A stretch of DNA of 64,000 bases. Source: a phage. Of the stretch, positions 47,889-55,789 are shown in pieces (positions within the stretch are counted from its first letter, which is position 1; every line of letters begins with the position of its first letter). The position numbers were made by a program, and so were the translations under genes. The notes below the pieces were generated by a model, which was not told the origin of the DNA, searched no databases, and was given only the letters and a program-made list of their open reading frames with translations. The stretch is from assembly GCA_029220445.1 (NCBI GenBank), contig GCA_029220445.1_3666.1; one strand, 5' to 3'.

Positions 47889-48602
47889 TTAAATATACTC
47901 TGTTACATCCTTGAAGCTCGAAGGCTTCATAATCTTACCTTTATTGTCAAGGAATATGATAACTTTATTACCGTTGTAGAATTCTTCCTTGGCAACAAAA
48001 CCTTCATATCGACCATCAAAGCGTCGTTCAAGATCTTTAATCTCCAACTCGATTAGTTGTTCAGCAGGCATATCTGCACTGGCACCGTGTGAATACCGTA
48101 GATGGTTGACCCGTGCAAACTTGCTGTCATTCGATTTGAGAACCTTACGCATCATCCCGCACACATCGCCGCGAAGCTGGAACAGCAAAGCTGTTGACAA
48201 CTCTGCTAAGCGGTAAGCAGACGCTCTTTGCTTAGAGGTGTTTTTCGCAGCGATCAGTGTATCATAGAACTCGCCGATCTTGAACTTAATACCTCGCGGA
48301 TTATCAAACAGGTTTGACCACTTTTCGTGATTATCATTAACAAGATAAGCGGCATAACTTGTGACAACGTGAAGATCGCAGGCCTCTTTTAGCAGGTGAT
48401 CTCCACCATCACCTTTCTCCAGCTCTTCCAAAACCTCATTGAACTCTTCCTCAATGAAGCTAAGCTGTAATTCGAATGGTGTGTATGATTTTTTCACTTT
48501 AGCTGCCACACGGTTCCAGTTTTCCACCCAATTGGCAGACCAAAGGTAGTTTTCAGGCTGAGACAGTTTTTCCAGGTTGTCGATCAGTTTAGTATTCAGC
48601 AT
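47889..48602 (-). CDS. MazG-like nucleotide pyrophosphohydrolase (237 aa), tentative
   Basis: EExxE ... ExxD pattern (FIEEEFNEVLEELEKGD...LKEACDL). Confidence 0.4.
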   Translation of the reverse strand: MLNTKLIDNLEKLSQPENYLWSANWVENWNRVAAKVKKSYTPFELQLSFIEEEFNEVLEELEKGDGGDHLLKEACDLHVVTSYAAYLVNDNHEKWSNLFDNPRGIKFKIGEFYDTLIAAKNTSKQRASAYRLAELSTALLFQLRGDVCGMMRKVLKSNDSKFARVNHLRYSHGASADMPAEQLIELEIKDLERRFDGRYEGFVAKEEFYNGNKVIIFLDNKGKIMKPSSFKDVTEYI

Positions 48603-48615
48603 TAAAGGTCTCCTT

Positions 48616-49377
48616 TTAAAGTTCCATAAAGTTTTCTACAGTTTCAATAAATGCTTTATCAGAGAAAGCGTCAACAGCACCGTTAAACCATACAGGGATC
48701 CCGCGATCCTCATATTGATAAAGGTCGCTACGTGAAATGCCACTTCCATCTGCACTCTGCGAATCATACTTGTTTACAATCAGCAGTTTTGTTCCTTTAC
48801 AAGTAGCAGGAAACAATTCCCAGTTAAAATTAATAACTGTGTTAGAACAACCCACTAGGATCACCATATCATTGCTGGTGAGAGATGTCAACAGGTCATA
48901 CATGTCTGTATACTTAGGAGCAACCTCACCGAAGAACACTACATTGGGCTTAACCCAAGTATACTTGCCTGTATCTACCTCCGTGTATCCGATATTTTTA
49001 ATTACATCATTACCTTCAGCATCTTCGTAGGTGATTTCAGGCAAATACCCGTGGACATGTAAAATATCTTCATGTTTTACACCAGCACGCTCCAGCAAAT
49101 CATCTACATTGGTGGTAAGGTTGATCACACGACCAGACCAGCGGGAATACCACTCAGCGATCCGAAGATGTGCAAGGTTAGGATCAACACTGCCCAGAGC
49201 TACACGACGTGCATTGTAAAAGTCATGCACCTTATAGTAGTTCTTGGCAAAGGTGTGGATGTTGCACACCTCATCGATGCTGAAATTCTCCCACATTGCA
49301 GTGCTACCAGATCGGAAGGTGGGAATACCAGATTCTGCGCTCAAACCAGCACCAGAAATAACAATAAGTCGTCGCAT
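48616..49377 (-). CDS. Sir2-family (sirtuin-like) NAD-dependent enzyme lacking the canonical Cys4 zinc ribbon (253 aa)
   Basis: GAGLSAESGIPTFR, FYNARR, TTNVDDLLERAG, HVHG, VVFFGE, ILVGCS in sirtuin order; no CxxC pairs between HG and VVFFGE. Confidence 0.7.
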   Translation of the reverse strand: MRRLIVISGAGLSAESGIPTFRSGSTAMWENFSIDEVCNIHTFAKNYYKVHDFYNARRVALGSVDPNLAHLRIAEWYSRWSGRVINLTTNVDDLLERAGVKHEDILHVHGYLPEITYEDAEGNDVIKNIGYTEVDTGKYTWVKPNVVFFGEVAPKYTDMYDLLTSLTSNDMVILVGCSNTVINFNWELFPATCKGTKLLIVNKYDSQSADGSGISRSDLYQYEDRGIPVWFNGAVDAFSDKAFIETVENFMEL

Positions 49378-49385
49378 AAATGTCC

Positions 49386-49736
49386 TTAGTAGATGTTTTG
49401 TTTGATCTCTATTCCAAACTTCTTGAATGAGTCAGCAGCAAGCATAAATTTACGAGCTGCCGATGGATTAGAAGTATGCACGAAAATAATCACGTTGTCA
49501 ATAAGTGGTGGCTTTCCGAATACAAGTTTCTCCTCTAGCGCAGAGAAGCAGTCGTACCCTTCAAGAACTTCACCTAGATCATTGTCAAAATACCATTCAG
49601 ATACGCGTCTGTAGAGCTTTCTCTTATCATTAAGAAAATCCATAAATTCAGAAGAATTCTTTAGCCACAGAGCGTCTGGGAGTCCATAATCTGACGGATC
49701 TCTAAAATCATCAAGCCACACAATCCACTTCTTCAT
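49386..49736 (-). CDS. hypothetical protein (116 aa)
   Basis: ATG 49736 with GAGGA RBS; IVWLDDFRDP ... FDNDLGE motifs, no family assigned. Confidence 0.5.
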   Translation of the reverse strand: MKKWIVWLDDFRDPSDYGLPDALWLKNSSEFMDFLNDKRKLYRRVSEWYFDNDLGEVLEGYDCFSALEEKLVFGKPPLIDNVIIFVHTSNPSAARKFMLAADSFKKFGIEIKQNIY

Positions 49737-50668
49737 TGCATATAGTCCTCGTTGTGGAAATAGCAGTCCAGTATCTCGCGACGCTCCTGCTCTAATAAGC
49801 AATTCCACACATCTTCTGTATAGTTGCTACGAATAAATTTTACCATACCGTAAAACTCCTCGTCAACACGTTTAAAAATATCGTCATCCCAAATCTTCCA
49901 TGCTTTACCTCTCATTACGGCCTTCCGTGCCAAATAGTATGGAGACTTGATCTTCAGCTGCAGGTCATAAGGGCAGTAAGGCTTACGGATCATATACCCT
50001 TCGCCCCTTGTTTCTGCAGCTAATTCTTTTGCATAGCTGAACGGGATTTCACGCACAGTGTGAGGACGTTTTGCACCAAGGTATTTGGCAATCCCATCTA
50101 AAGCTGCTTCTGGTAGCATTATTCCAGAATCATTATATCTGCAACCTATCAAATATGCGCCATGGTCTTCTTGAACAATATGCGGATCTGAAGGGTGACA
50201 AATTTCAAACATGAATGTCATGTTTTCATTGCCCATAACCTTCTTGATAAGATCTAAATTACCACATTGCTCTTGGATGGTTTCCTTTGCAAGGTTACAA
50301 TATGGAGAATCAAGAGACCCGGTTGTTGAGAACAATAGTTCACCTTTATGAGATGATACCACACCGAGGAATCCGTTCTTTTTCTCTACCGCAGTAACAA
50401 GTTTACTGTCCGGTAGGTTGGTGGAGTTTTCTCCTAAGTTGAATACTTTTGTGAAAGGCCATGCCACAACATTCCCCTCATTGCCAACAACAATACCTCG
50501 GCACTCCAGTAAACGCGGAGACAAATGCCACAGATTGTTGTAGAATACTTTTCTGGCATATTTATAGATCTTTAATCCAAGATCTGGATAATACCGACTG
50601 GTTACAAGACCTTTGTCTACTAGGTCATCTGCATTAAAATACTTCATCATACGTTCCTCATTTGTCAT
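49733..50668 (-). CDS. polynucleotide ligase of the covalent nucleotidyltransferase family, probable RNA ligase (311 aa)
   Basis: Motif I EKKNGF, motif IV EGYMIRK, motif V LQLKIK; divergent from kinase/phosphatase genes. Confidence 0.5.
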   Translation of the reverse strand: MTNEERMMKYFNADDLVDKGLVTSRYYPDLGLKIYKYARKVFYNNLWHLSPRLLECRGIVVGNEGNVVAWPFTKVFNLGENSTNLPDSKLVTAVEKKNGFLGVVSSHKGELLFSTTGSLDSPYCNLAKETIQEQCGNLDLIKKVMGNENMTFMFEICHPSDPHIVQEDHGAYLIGCRYNDSGIMLPEAALDGIAKYLGAKRPHTVREIPFSYAKELAAETRGEGYMIRKPYCPYDLQLKIKSPYYLARKAVMRGKAWKIWDDDIFKRVDEEFYGMVKFIRSNYTEDVWNCLLEQERREILDCYFHNEDYMQ

Positions 50669-50768
50669 TTTGTCAGTCTATCCTGCCACACAAATAACCT
50701 AGTGTCAACACTTGAAATTAACAAAACAGTTAGGTATACTATCATTAAAATTAAAACGGAGGATTGCT

Positions 50769-51179
50769 ATGTCTAAAATGCTATATATCGTGCGTGGTCT
50801 GCCAGGGTCTGGCAAATCAACACTGGCAAATGCGCTATCTTTAGAAGGTCTGTATCCACATTTTGAGAACGACATGTTCTGGTATGACGATGACGGCAAT
50901 TACAACTGGGATGCAAGTAAAGTAACACTCGCAGCAAAATGGTGCAAAGATAACGTAGAAGATATGATGAGTATGGGATACGACCGTATCGTGGTAAGTA
51001 ATACGTTTACAAAAGAAAAACATGTGCAGGAATATGTTGACATGGCAATCAGTCATGGGTATAGTTATACCGTGATCGTGGTTGAAAACCGCCACGGTAA
51101 TAAAAGCATTCATGATGTTCCAGACAAGGTTGTGGATCGTATGGAACGCCAGCTTAAAAACTGCATTAAACTTAAATGA
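50769..51179 (+). CDS. polynucleotide 5'-kinase-like P-loop kinase (137 aa)
   Basis: Walker A GLPGSGKST and VVSNTFT block resemble T4 Pnk kinase domain; ATG 50769 with GGAGG RBS. Confidence 0.6.
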   Translation: MSKMLYIVRGLPGSGKSTLANALSLEGLYPHFENDMFWYDDDGNYNWDASKVTLAAKWCKDNVEDMMSMGYDRIVVSNTFTKEKHVQEYVDMAISHGYSYTVIVVENRHGNKSIHDVPDKVVDRMERQLKNCIKLK

Positions 51180-51186
51180 GGAATGT

Positions 51187-51741
51187 ATGAAATACTTTGT
51201 AACAAGCGACACACACTTTCTCCACCAGCGGGTCATGGAGTTTGATTCATGTCAAAAACACAGATCTCAGTATGATCACAATCTTGACAGTATGAATGCG
51301 GGAATCATCGCCGAGTGGAACTCTGTTGTGTCACCTGCAGACACTGTGTTCCACTTGGGAGATATTGCGTGCACTAATGATAAGAATATCAACAAATTAC
51401 TTCCAGATATTCTAGATATGTTGAACGGACATATTATTCTTGTTCGTGGCAACCATGACACAAGGACGACTGTCAGAATTATGAAAGAGTTCTATCACGA
51501 GGTTGTAGATTATTACGAGCTTCGCCACAACAAGAATTTGATCTGTATGAGCCATTACCAATTTGCAAAGTGGAACAGAAAGCCTCACGGATCAGTCCAA
51601 CTGTTCGGTCATGCTCACGGAACCACACAACAGTTGTTTGGCAGGCAGCTTGATGTCGGTTGGGATGTGTGGGGGAGACTCTTACCATTAGAAGAGGCAT
51701 ACCGTACTGCAATGAGTTTTGATATTGACAGCAGGGAGTAA
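51187..51741 (+). CDS. calcineurin-like metallophosphoesterase (185 aa)
   Basis: SDTHF, GD, GNHD, GHAHG motifs; ATG 51187 with GAGGA RBS. Confidence 0.65.
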   Translation: MKYFVTSDTHFLHQRVMEFDSCQKHRSQYDHNLDSMNAGIIAEWNSVVSPADTVFHLGDIACTNDKNINKLLPDILDMLNGHIILVRGNHDTRTTVRIMKEFYHEVVDYYELRHNKNLICMSHYQFAKWNRKPHGSVQLFGHAHGTTQQLFGRQLDVGWDVWGRLLPLEEAYRTAMSFDIDSRE

Positions 51742-51788
51742 TCCCTGCTATTTTAAAGAAAATTGCCACACAAGGAGAATCAGGAGAT

Positions 51789-52139
51789 ATGAAAGATGGG
51801 GATAAGCTGCTATATCTTAAAGTCCCCCTTGAAATACTGTCTATGTCAAAAGTTTTGAATGACACAACTGGGGAGGTTGTTGTTCTTGACTTGTATGACA
51901 AGATCGTATACTGCTACCTGCACAACTGGTATAAACTTGGAGGAAATTCACGCTTCACACCCAGCACAAGGAAAATTGCAGCAGATGTTGGGATAAAGAA
52001 AACAAAAGCAGCAGCGTGCGTTAAAACTTTAGAATGTGCAGGATTGGTTGAAACATCCACACAGGGGAGAGGTAAAAGATGCACATTTTCCAAAGTTTTG
52101 CCACCAGAAAAAGTTATTCGAATGTCAACAACTGGTTAG
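51789..52139 (+). CDS. helix-turn-helix DNA-binding protein (116 aa)
   Basis: STRKIAADVGIKKTKAAACVKTLECAGLVE HTH/winged-helix-like segment; upstream of palindromic operator array. Confidence 0.55.
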   Translation: MKDGDKLLYLKVPLEILSMSKVLNDTTGEVVVLDLYDKIVYCYLHNWYKLGGNSRFTPSTRKIAADVGIKKTKAAACVKTLECAGLVETSTQGRGKRCTFSKVLPPEKVIRMSTTG

Positions 52140-52213
52140 ACCAGTAAAAACTTAAATATCTGTACTATAAGGATTCGTATGTTTTATGTTCGCTCTGGAA
52201 CAGAGGTTAGTAA

Positions 52214-52297
52214 CTGTCCGTGATACGGACACTACTGTCCGTCACGCGGACACATCTGCCCGTAATACGGACACTAACTGTCCGTGATACGGACACA
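52214..52297. promoter_or_regulatory. array of four palindromic operator-like sites (GTCCGTnAnACGGAC) at ~21-22 bp spacing
   Basis: Four tandem copies read from sequence, each an inverted repeat; followed by AT-rich inverted repeats to ~52440. Confidence 0.65.
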
Positions 52298-52439
52298 TAA
52301 AGAATATAACTAAAATAACTAAATAATAAAAAATAAAAGATCTAGTACTTATGGTACTAAAGTACATATACTTAACTTATGTAGAATATACTAGATCCTA
52401 AGTACCATGTTTTAAATTTATTACTTACTGTAGGTAGTG

Positions 52440-52740
52440 TCGGCCCTTCATTGGCACTCGCCTACGAGGGGCGAGATGCCGGGCCTCCGTAGTGCACACA
52501 TGCAGGTCTGTTAACATGTGTGGGAGCGAAGCGATAGCGCAGGCCAAAGGCCGAGCACTAATGTGGACCACCGACGAAAGCTTGCCAGCGCCGTAAGGAG
52601 TCGGTTGAGAGCCTCCCGCGCGAGTTTGGATAAAGTTTATGTGTGGAAACGGACAATGAGGCCCCTAAATCGCTCCACAGCCATATAAACTATACCAAGT
52701 AAGGCAATCGCACCAGTTTGATAGAAAAGCTCGTTACAAA
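52440..52740 (+). ncRNA. GC-rich, ORF-free island with multiple hairpins; candidate structured RNA or structured 5' leader of ORF 52783
   Basis: Local GC well above neighbouring sequence; stems cacacatg/catgtgtg, ctcgcc/ggcgag, ggcc-aaa-ggcc; no ORF of 60 aa or more on plus strand. Confidence 0.3.
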
Positions 52741-52782
52741 GCGATACAGTGAGTTTTTCTATAACTTGAAGAGGAGGCAGCT

Positions 52783-53361
52783 ATGAGTCCACGCAAAGAT
52801 GACCGTGAAAAGATTGCAAAACGTTATCAGAATGAAGAACAGATGGAGAAAACTTTCAAGTGGAAGCCAGGTTTCCAGCGTAATCATTCTAACGCTCGTG
52901 ATCGTAAGCATCCGGATAAGTGGTTAACACCGCCAAATGATGGCATGCAGGTTGGTGATGAGAAGGAGCTGTCACCTGGAAAAGATGGCAACTACATTCG
53001 CACTAAGGAAGCAGGTCCAAAGGATGACAGCTATCTTGTAGATAAGGTTCTTGATGGTATTGATGTAGATGTTGACACTGCACGAAACCTTTTTCTTGGT
53101 TGGTATCGTACAGGGTTTTTCGACATCAAGGCGATTCGTCGTGTTTGTGATATTAAAAAGTCTGCCTATGATGATGACTCTCTACATCGCACTCTGAGAC
53201 AATACTCAGAGAGATACGGTCATCCAGTTATCACTCTTGACGATATTAACGAAGTGATGTATCATGCAGAGGTTGTTGCAGGTAGATTCGGTGATGCATA
53301 TCTCGGTATTCTTTCTGCAAAAGATGAGGTGATGTTAAATAAAATTTACTATGAACGCTGA
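52783..53361 (+). CDS. hypothetical protein (192 aa)
   Basis: ORF with GAGGAGG RBS. Confidence 0.55.
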   Translation: MSPRKDDREKIAKRYQNEEQMEKTFKWKPGFQRNHSNARDRKHPDKWLTPPNDGMQVGDEKELSPGKDGNYIRTKEAGPKDDSYLVDKVLDGIDVDVDTARNLFLGWYRTGFFDIKAIRRVCDIKKSAYDDDSLHRTLRQYSERYGHPVITLDDINEVMYHAEVVAGRFGDAYLGILSAKDEVMLNKIYYER

Positions 53362-53560
53362 GGAGCGCTTAATGAACAACCCGGTAGCAAAGAACTGTAA
53401 TAAGTTCAACAAGTCTGCAATTCACACTGACAGGAAAAAGAGCTGGTCTCCTGACATTGACGAGGAGCTTGAGAGTTACTTTGAAGACCTGGTCACTAAT
53501 GCAGATGAGGTTGCGATTAAAGAATACGCAGACAGGAAGGATAAGGCCGGAATCTGTTGA
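53351..53560 (+). CDS. hypothetical protein (69 aa)
   Basis: Start overlaps upstream stop; TGA stop embedded in next -35. Confidence 0.45.
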   Translation: MNAEERLMNNPVAKNCNKFNKSAIHTDRKKSWSPDIDEELESYFEDLVTNADEVAIKEYADRKDKAGIC

Positions 53561-53585
53561 CAAAAATAGTGTTACCTGATAAGAT
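53557..53585 (+). promoter_or_regulatory. sigma70-like promoter (TTGACA-N17-TAAGAT)
   Basis: Hexamers upstream of ORF 53637. Confidence 0.55.
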
Positions 53586-53636
53586 CTGCAATATGATGTG
53601 ATGCAATTTTAACTTACGAGGTCTACAGGTAATGCT

Positions 53637-53879
53637 ATGTTTAAGGTTAAGCTCGTTTTTCGTTCCATGAATGAGGATTATTTAGAAGATGAAGGTGAAT
53701 TTCGTGCACTGGATGATGCAATAGATTTTGCCAACGACTTAGCTTGTATGAATACAGGTTATGGGCTATGTTGTTGGGATGGTGGTGTTCAGATCGGTGA
53801 TAGCAAGATCTTCTACTTCTACCCTGAGCCTGATAACAAACAAATTAAGTATGTTTTATTTATTTGTGCTTTACAATGA
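53637..53879 (+). CDS. hypothetical protein (80 aa)
   Basis: ORF downstream of promoter. Confidence 0.5.
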   Translation: MFKVKLVFRSMNEDYLEDEGEFRALDDAIDFANDLACMNTGYGLCCWDGGVQIGDSKIFYFYPEPDNKQIKYVLFICALQ

Positions 53880-53939
53880 GGTTGTTTTCGTGTATCATGA
53901 TTAATATCCAATTTAAAGATGAATTTGATGGCTTTATCT

Positions 53940-54165
53940 CTGGATGCTTTGAAACAGGGTTCGGAGAAGGCTGAGTTCCCCTTAGAGGGCTTGATAGTGC
54001 ACCACACTTAAAATGGTAGGGGCAGCCAGCACATGACGATGTGACCCCAGCCAACCTGTAACAAGGTCGAGCCGAAGCGCGGGTAATAGGCCTCTGGTAA
54101 CCCACTTGTTGGGTCTTGCTGGTCCAGGACGCTGGACAAGTCGCAGGGAATACCACCCTGCGGCG
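53940..54165 (+). ncRNA. GC-rich, ORF-free island with nested hairpins (two GACG-loop hairpins); candidate structured RNA
   Basis: Stems cacat-gacg-atgtg, gtccag-gacg-ctggac, caggg-aatacca-ccctg and long-range ggctg/cagcc pairing; preceded by TTTACA-N17-TATCAT promoter-like sequence. Confidence 0.3.
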
Positions 54166-54168
54166 AAC

Positions 54169-54197
54169 TTGACAATCAGTATTTGCTATGATAAAAT
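54169..54197 (+). promoter_or_regulatory. sigma70-like promoter (TTGACA-N17-TAAAAT)
   Basis: Hexamers upstream of ORF 54226. Confidence 0.6.
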
Positions 54198-54225
54198 CCA
54201 CCTATCACGTGATAATGGAGGAAAC

Positions 54226-54564
54226 ATGGCGGATACAACTAAAAAGCGTCGCCGTAGAGGCAGACCTCTGAAAGAGGAGTCCAACGCCATTCAGCTAGAG
54301 AAGAACATCCTTGATATGAAGGAATCTTTTATAGCGATGGTTCCAGAAGCTCACAAAGTTTTAAGAGAGCTGATGTTGGACCCGAAAACCAAACAAAATA
54401 TTCGTCAAAGCATTGCAGAGTATGTTCTTGATAAGGCAGACCGAATGCAGGAAGAATATGATGAGATGTTTGGTGAAGAGGAAGAGGTGGTAGTGGAAGA
54501 GGCTGAAAAACCAGCACCTTTTATGCCATTTACTACAGAAATACAGCCTGTTAGCAATAGCTAA
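54226..54564 (+). CDS. DNA-binding-like protein with basic N-terminus and acidic C-terminus (112 aa); candidate small terminase subunit
   Basis: ATG 54226 with GGAGG RBS; KKRRRRGRP N-terminus; TerS call is from position and composition only. Confidence 0.45.
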   Translation: MADTTKKRRRRGRPLKEESNAIQLEKNILDMKESFIAMVPEAHKVLRELMLDPKTKQNIRQSIAEYVLDKADRMQEEYDEMFGEEEEVVVEEAEKPAPFMPFTTEIQPVSNS

Positions 54565-54660
54565 AATATTTTCTTGACAAACTTTGCTTAACAGTGTAAT
54601 ATTGTAAACATGGTCTCCCACCTTTTCTGGCGGCTAAGGTGTAAAAGAAAGCCACCCAGT

Positions 54661-54735
54661 GCCCTGTTAGCTTAGTGGATAAAGCAGCGGCCTTCTAAGC
54701 CGTTGACACTGGTTCGAGTCCAGTACGGGGTGCCA
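54661..54735 (+). tRNA. tRNA-Arg (anticodon UCU)
   Basis: Manual cloverleaf: acceptor gccctgt/acggggt, anticodon loop cttctaa, T-loop ttcgagt, CCA encoded. Confidence 0.8.
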
Positions 54736-54739
54736 AATT

Positions 54740-54826
54740 GGGGAGTTATCCCGTAGAGGTAGCGGTGTAGACTGTAAATCTATTGTCATTGCGACTCGGG
54801 TGGTTCGACTCCACCACTCCCCACCA
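54740..54826 (+). tRNA. tRNA-Tyr (anticodon GUA), type II with long variable arm
   Basis: Acceptor ggggagt/actcccc, anticodon loop ctgtaaa, T-arm ggtgg-ttcgact-ccacc, CCA encoded. Confidence 0.7.
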
Positions 54827-54940
54827 AATTTATATTTTTAGATGCATAAATAATACAGATAATGGCATTGATATTTATCGTCGTTTATACTAGTCACTAA
54901 CTGCTCGAAAATCAGTGTCATTATCAGTATAATTTATAAA

Positions 54941-55031
54941 GGAGGGTAGGGAGCAATGGTGCTCAAGCGGTCTTGAAAACCGTCCCGTTGAGGATGACTC
55001 GATGATGGTTCGATTCCATTACTCTCCGCCA
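54941..55031 (+). tRNA. tRNA-Ser (anticodon UGA), type II with long variable arm
   Basis: Acceptor ggagggt/actctcc, anticodon loop cttgaaa, T-loop ttcgatt, CCA encoded; position 8 is A (unusual). Confidence 0.65.
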
Positions 55032-55129
55032 CATTGTTGACCTTGTAATTAAGCGAAAGCCGGAAGCAGAACCGGATTATCAAATGTTACAGTCGTCATC
55101 GCCGACTAGCAACATGGTCAACATACTGA

Positions 55130-55226
55130 GCTAGGTAAGCCCTTTGGCAAGGGCGAGGATTTTTAATCCTGAAAATAGACGAGGTAGTCGTTGAATACAT
55201 AGGTGGTTCGATTCCATCACCTAGCA
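55130..55226 (+). tRNA. atypical tRNA-like element (97 nt): normal acceptor, D and T arms, 4-bp anticodon stem with loop tttttaa (UUU, Lys-like) and ~30-nt extra arm; may be a pseudogene
   Basis: Acceptor gctaggt/acctagc perfect; D arm gccc-tttggcaa-gggc; T arm ggtgg-ttcgatt-ccatc; no CCA. Confidence 0.35.
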
Positions 55227-55233
55227 CCTTTTT

Positions 55234-55309
55234 GCTGATGTAGCACAATCGGTAGTGCAATTGATTTGTAATCAATAGGTTGTAGGTTCAAGTCCTGCCA
55301 TCAGCACCA
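55234..55309 (+). tRNA. tRNA-Thr (anticodon UGU)
   Basis: Acceptor gctgatg/catcagc, D stem gcac/gtgc, anticodon arm attga-tttgtaa-tcaat, CCA encoded. Confidence 0.8.
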
Positions 55310-55310
55310 A

Positions 55311-55385
55311 GGCCCTGTAGCTGGAAGGTTCAAGCAAGCGACTCATAATCGCCAGACGGTGGTTCAATTCCACCCAGGGCCACCA
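55311..55385 (+). tRNA. tRNA-Met (anticodon CAU; elongator, or Ile2 if lysidine-modified)
   Basis: Acceptor ggccctg/cagggcc with G1-C72, anticodon loop ctcataa, T arm ggtgg-ttcaatt-ccacc, CCA encoded. Confidence 0.7.
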
Positions 55386-55396
55386 AATAGTAAATA

Positions 55397-55473
55397 CTCC
55401 GCGTAGCTCAGCTTGGTAGAGCGCCTGATTTGGGATCAGGAGGTCGAGTGTTCGAATCACTCCGTGGAGACCA
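55397..55473 (+). tRNA. tRNA-Pro (anticodon UGG)
   Basis: Acceptor ctccgcg/cgtggag (C1-G72 as in tRNA-Pro), anticodon arm cctga-tttggga-tcagg, T-loop ttcgaat, CCA encoded. Confidence 0.8.
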
Positions 55474-55519
55474 CTTTCAGTTATACTTTAAACATATACA
55501 AACAAAAGGAACCTTTAAA

Positions 55520-55789
55520 ATGTATACACTTAAAATTGTAGAGCGTGTAAATCCAACTCATACCGTAGATTTTCGTGACGATTTCAATCCTCTGGCTGTA
55601 AATCTTCGAGAGTCATATCATGAACTCAGCTGCGATGCAGTGGTGGTCTTTTTTGAAGACAACTCTGAAGGGGCGGTAGCTTGTGTTGTTGATAGTGAGC
55701 AGAAGTTTTATATTTACAGAGATGTAGATGCATACTTGATGAATGAAAATGCAGTTACTGTTAGAATCATCCACCGAGTGCCTCGATAA
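55520..55789 (+). CDS. hypothetical protein (90 aa)
   Basis: ATG 55520 with AAAGGA RBS just after tRNA cluster (track start 55430 lies inside tRNA-Pro). Confidence 0.5.
   Translation: MYTLKIVERVNPTHTVDFRDDFNPLAVNLRESYHELSCDAVVVFFEDNSEGAVACVVDSEQKFYIYRDVDAYLMNENAVTVRIIHRVPR

Noticed and set aside
52214-52297. Possibility that the four regular repeats are a CRISPR array
   Set aside because: Repeats are only ~15-20 bp, themselves palindromic, and separated by 1-6 bp rather than 25-40-bp unique spacers; no cas genes nearby. Operator/iteron interpretation preferred.
53819-54201. Minus-strand ORFs of 62 and 113 aa in the GC-rich island
   Set aside because: Arg/Ser/Pro/Cys-rich composition typical of spurious frames in GC-rich structured DNA; no RBS.
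55272-55460. 62-aa minus-strand ORF
   Set aside because: Lies entirely across tRNA-Thr, tRNA-Met and tRNA-Pro; an artefact of the tRNA sequences.
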